Part shown: one piece after another, positions 26,458-27,765 of the stretch | Position numbering within the stretch: position 1 is the first letter of the stretch | Layout of the letters: every line of letters starts with the position of its first letter | DNA from: Verrucomicrobiales bacterium | GTDB taxonomy: Bacteria; Verrucomicrobiota; Verrucomicrobiia; Verrucomicrobiales; V1-33 | Reading direction: 5' to 3' | NCBI GenBank assembly: GCA_031411295.1 | Contig: JANOAV010000046.1 | Span: forward strand, 1-27,765 | DNA length: 27,765 nt | The notes under the pieces: generated by a model | Database searches by the model: none | The model's input: only the letters and a program-made list of their open reading frames with translations | What the model was told of the DNA's origin: nothing | Program-made: the position numbers and the translations under genes

Positions 26458-27561
26458 ATGAAGACATCCCGCCTGAACCCCACGTTGATCCTTACTTGCG
26501 GAACCGCACTTATAAGTGCGGCCATGCTCAATAGTTGCAAACTTCCCAGCGAGAATAACTGGCGCACGGTTCAGACTTCCGGTCTGATCCCGGCCCTGCT
26601 TGATTCCGAGAACCAACAGCAAGTGGCGCAAAAGAAGACTGGTCCTGCTCCGCTCAAGGTCAGCCCAGTGATCGCCCCACGGATTATTGACGTGCCTGTG
26701 GGCGAGCCTGTGCAAGGTCGGCCAGGCTATGTTTACAGTCCGTTCGCGCCTGAGCGCCGCATTGTGGACGTGCGCGAGTTTAAGGCTGGTGAAGAAGTTC
26801 GCTGTCCGATTACGCTAAAGTCTTTTCTCGTGCCAGACTTTAATAAGGCGGTGAGTGATCAAGCCGCGATTGCCGGAAATCAAAAACCGACCGGACCAGA
26901 AGTCGTTTCCGTGGATCCGGGAGCAGGCTTGGCGAACATCAGTCTGACCAATCCGAAAGGGACCCGAGTGCCTGACGGGAGCCCCTCTTTGACTTCCCCA
27001 GAAAAGCCCATGGCCGCGCCCAATCCTCCCGCTAACGCGCCAGCGGAATTGCCCTTCGGGCGTCGCGTGGCTGGTCGTCCTGGATTCGTTTACAGCCCCT
27101 ATGCTAGCCAGTATCAACTCGTGGACGTAGCCGGAATCGCCCCCGGTGTAGAGGTTCGCTGCCCTTATACCAACAAACTGTTCCGGGTGCCCCAGCCCTT
27201 GCCGGAAGAAAGTGGCAAGCCTGCGGAGCAGCCCAAAGAACAGCCTAAGCCCGAGGAAAAGAAGCAGGACAAGCCGAAGGAAACGCCCAAAGAGCAGCCC
27301 AAGCCGGAGGAGAAGAAGCAGGAGCAACCTAAGCCAACGCCAGTAAAAGCTGAAGCCAAGCCTGAGCCCAAACCCGAAGCCAAGCCACAGCCGGCCGCGG
27401 ACAACGGAGCCCCCACCGCAACGTGGGCGCAGAAGGACAAGGGTTTGGTGCAAAGCCCCTTTGGTCAGCCTGGTCAACTCGTGGATGTCACTGGCAAGAC
27501 CGCCGGAGCCAAAGTCGTGTGCCCCTTCACTGGTAAGACATTTCTGGTTCCAGGACAATAA
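26458..27561 (+). CDS. Putative lipoprotein with three copies of a ~45-aa repeat domain and Pro/Lys/Glu-rich linkers
   Basis: Lipobox-like AAMLNS/C. Three repeats of G.V.SP[FY]....VDV.....G..V.CP.T.K.F.VP, and PKEQPKPEEKKQ occurs twice in the linker. Confidence 0.8.
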   Translation: MKTSRLNPTLILTCGTALISAAMLNSCKLPSENNWRTVQTSGLIPALLDSENQQQVAQKKTGPAPLKVSPVIAPRIIDVPVGEPVQGRPGYVYSPFAPERRIVDVREFKAGEEVRCPITLKSFLVPDFNKAVSDQAAIAGNQKPTGPEVVSVDPGAGLANISLTNPKGTRVPDGSPSLTSPEKPMAAPNPPANAPAELPFGRRVAGRPGFVYSPYASQYQLVDVAGIAPGVEVRCPYTNKLFRVPQPLPEESGKPAEQPKEQPKPEEKKQDKPKETPKEQPKPEEKKQEQPKPTPVKAEAKPEPKPEAKPQPAADNGAPTATWAQKDKGLVQSPFGQPGQLVDVTGKTAGAKVVCPFTGKTFLVPGQ

Positions 27562-27689
27562 TTTCCCAACCACCCAAGTGCTGAATTTGGCGGCTTAACC
27601 GTTGCCGGAACCTCAGTCACCTTCAACCCGAAAACAGCTTTTGAAAAAGCACTGTCCGTGCGGGCGGGCTTACGTAGTGGTGAGTTACG

Positions 27690-27765
27690 ATGCAAACCAC
27701 CCCTGCCGACACCACACAGAACAGTGCCTATCCTTTCACCCCTCCCTGCCGGGCTGGGCAAGTCC
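27690..27765 (+). CDS. Possible 5' end of a CDS running off the window
   Basis: ATG 27690 opens MQTTPADTTQNSAYPFTPPCRAGQV with no stop before the edge. Too short to identify. Confidence 0.25.
   Translation, partial: MQTTPADTTQNSAYPFTPPCRAGQV

Noticed and set aside
27225..27390. DNA-level repeat element in the lipoprotein gene
   Set aside because: Repetition is at protein level (PKEQPKPEEKKQ) with synonymous differences, consistent with a low-complexity linker.
27562..27765. tRNA or other structured RNA at the right edge
   Set aside because: No cloverleaf, T-loop (GTTCRA) or recognisable riboswitch consensus found by eye.

Overview
Bacterial chromosomal window, most likely Verrucomicrobiales (inferred from a planctomycete-type cytochrome c DUF1549/DUF1553 protein, a PEP-CTERM protein, a CotH/lamin-tail protein and high GC at third codon positions). 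It holds about 14 complete CDS. On the minus strand: PQQ-type glucose/sorbosone dehydrogenase, secreted FAD oxidoreductase, four-helix-bundle protein, J-domain membrane protein, sugar-phosphate isomerase and zinc metalloprotease. These are followed by a DUF1549/1553 cytochrome, nadE, a GT-C/TMTC-like membrane protein, an ankyrin + L,D-transpeptidase lipoprotein, a large CotH-kinase protein coupled to a PEP-CTERM gene, an RluD-like pseudouridine synthase and a three-repeat lipoprotein. I saw no rRNA, tRNA, CRISPR array, transposase, integrase or reverse transcriptase. Three non-coding signals stand out. (1) The four-helix-bundle gene is surrounded by, and internally contains, one family of 7-bp repeats in alternating orientation, which can pair across the ORF. 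(2) A (TCCGCTC)5 tract puts an upstream ATG one base out of frame with the CotH gene; one unit fewer restores a plausible signal peptide, so this is a candidate phase-variation switch. (3) A 249-bp, 94%-identical copy of an internal CotH segment lies 2 nt after the PEP-CTERM stop, so the CotH 3' end and PEP-CTERM gene are bracketed by direct repeats. All product calls come from motif recognition by eye, not database searches.
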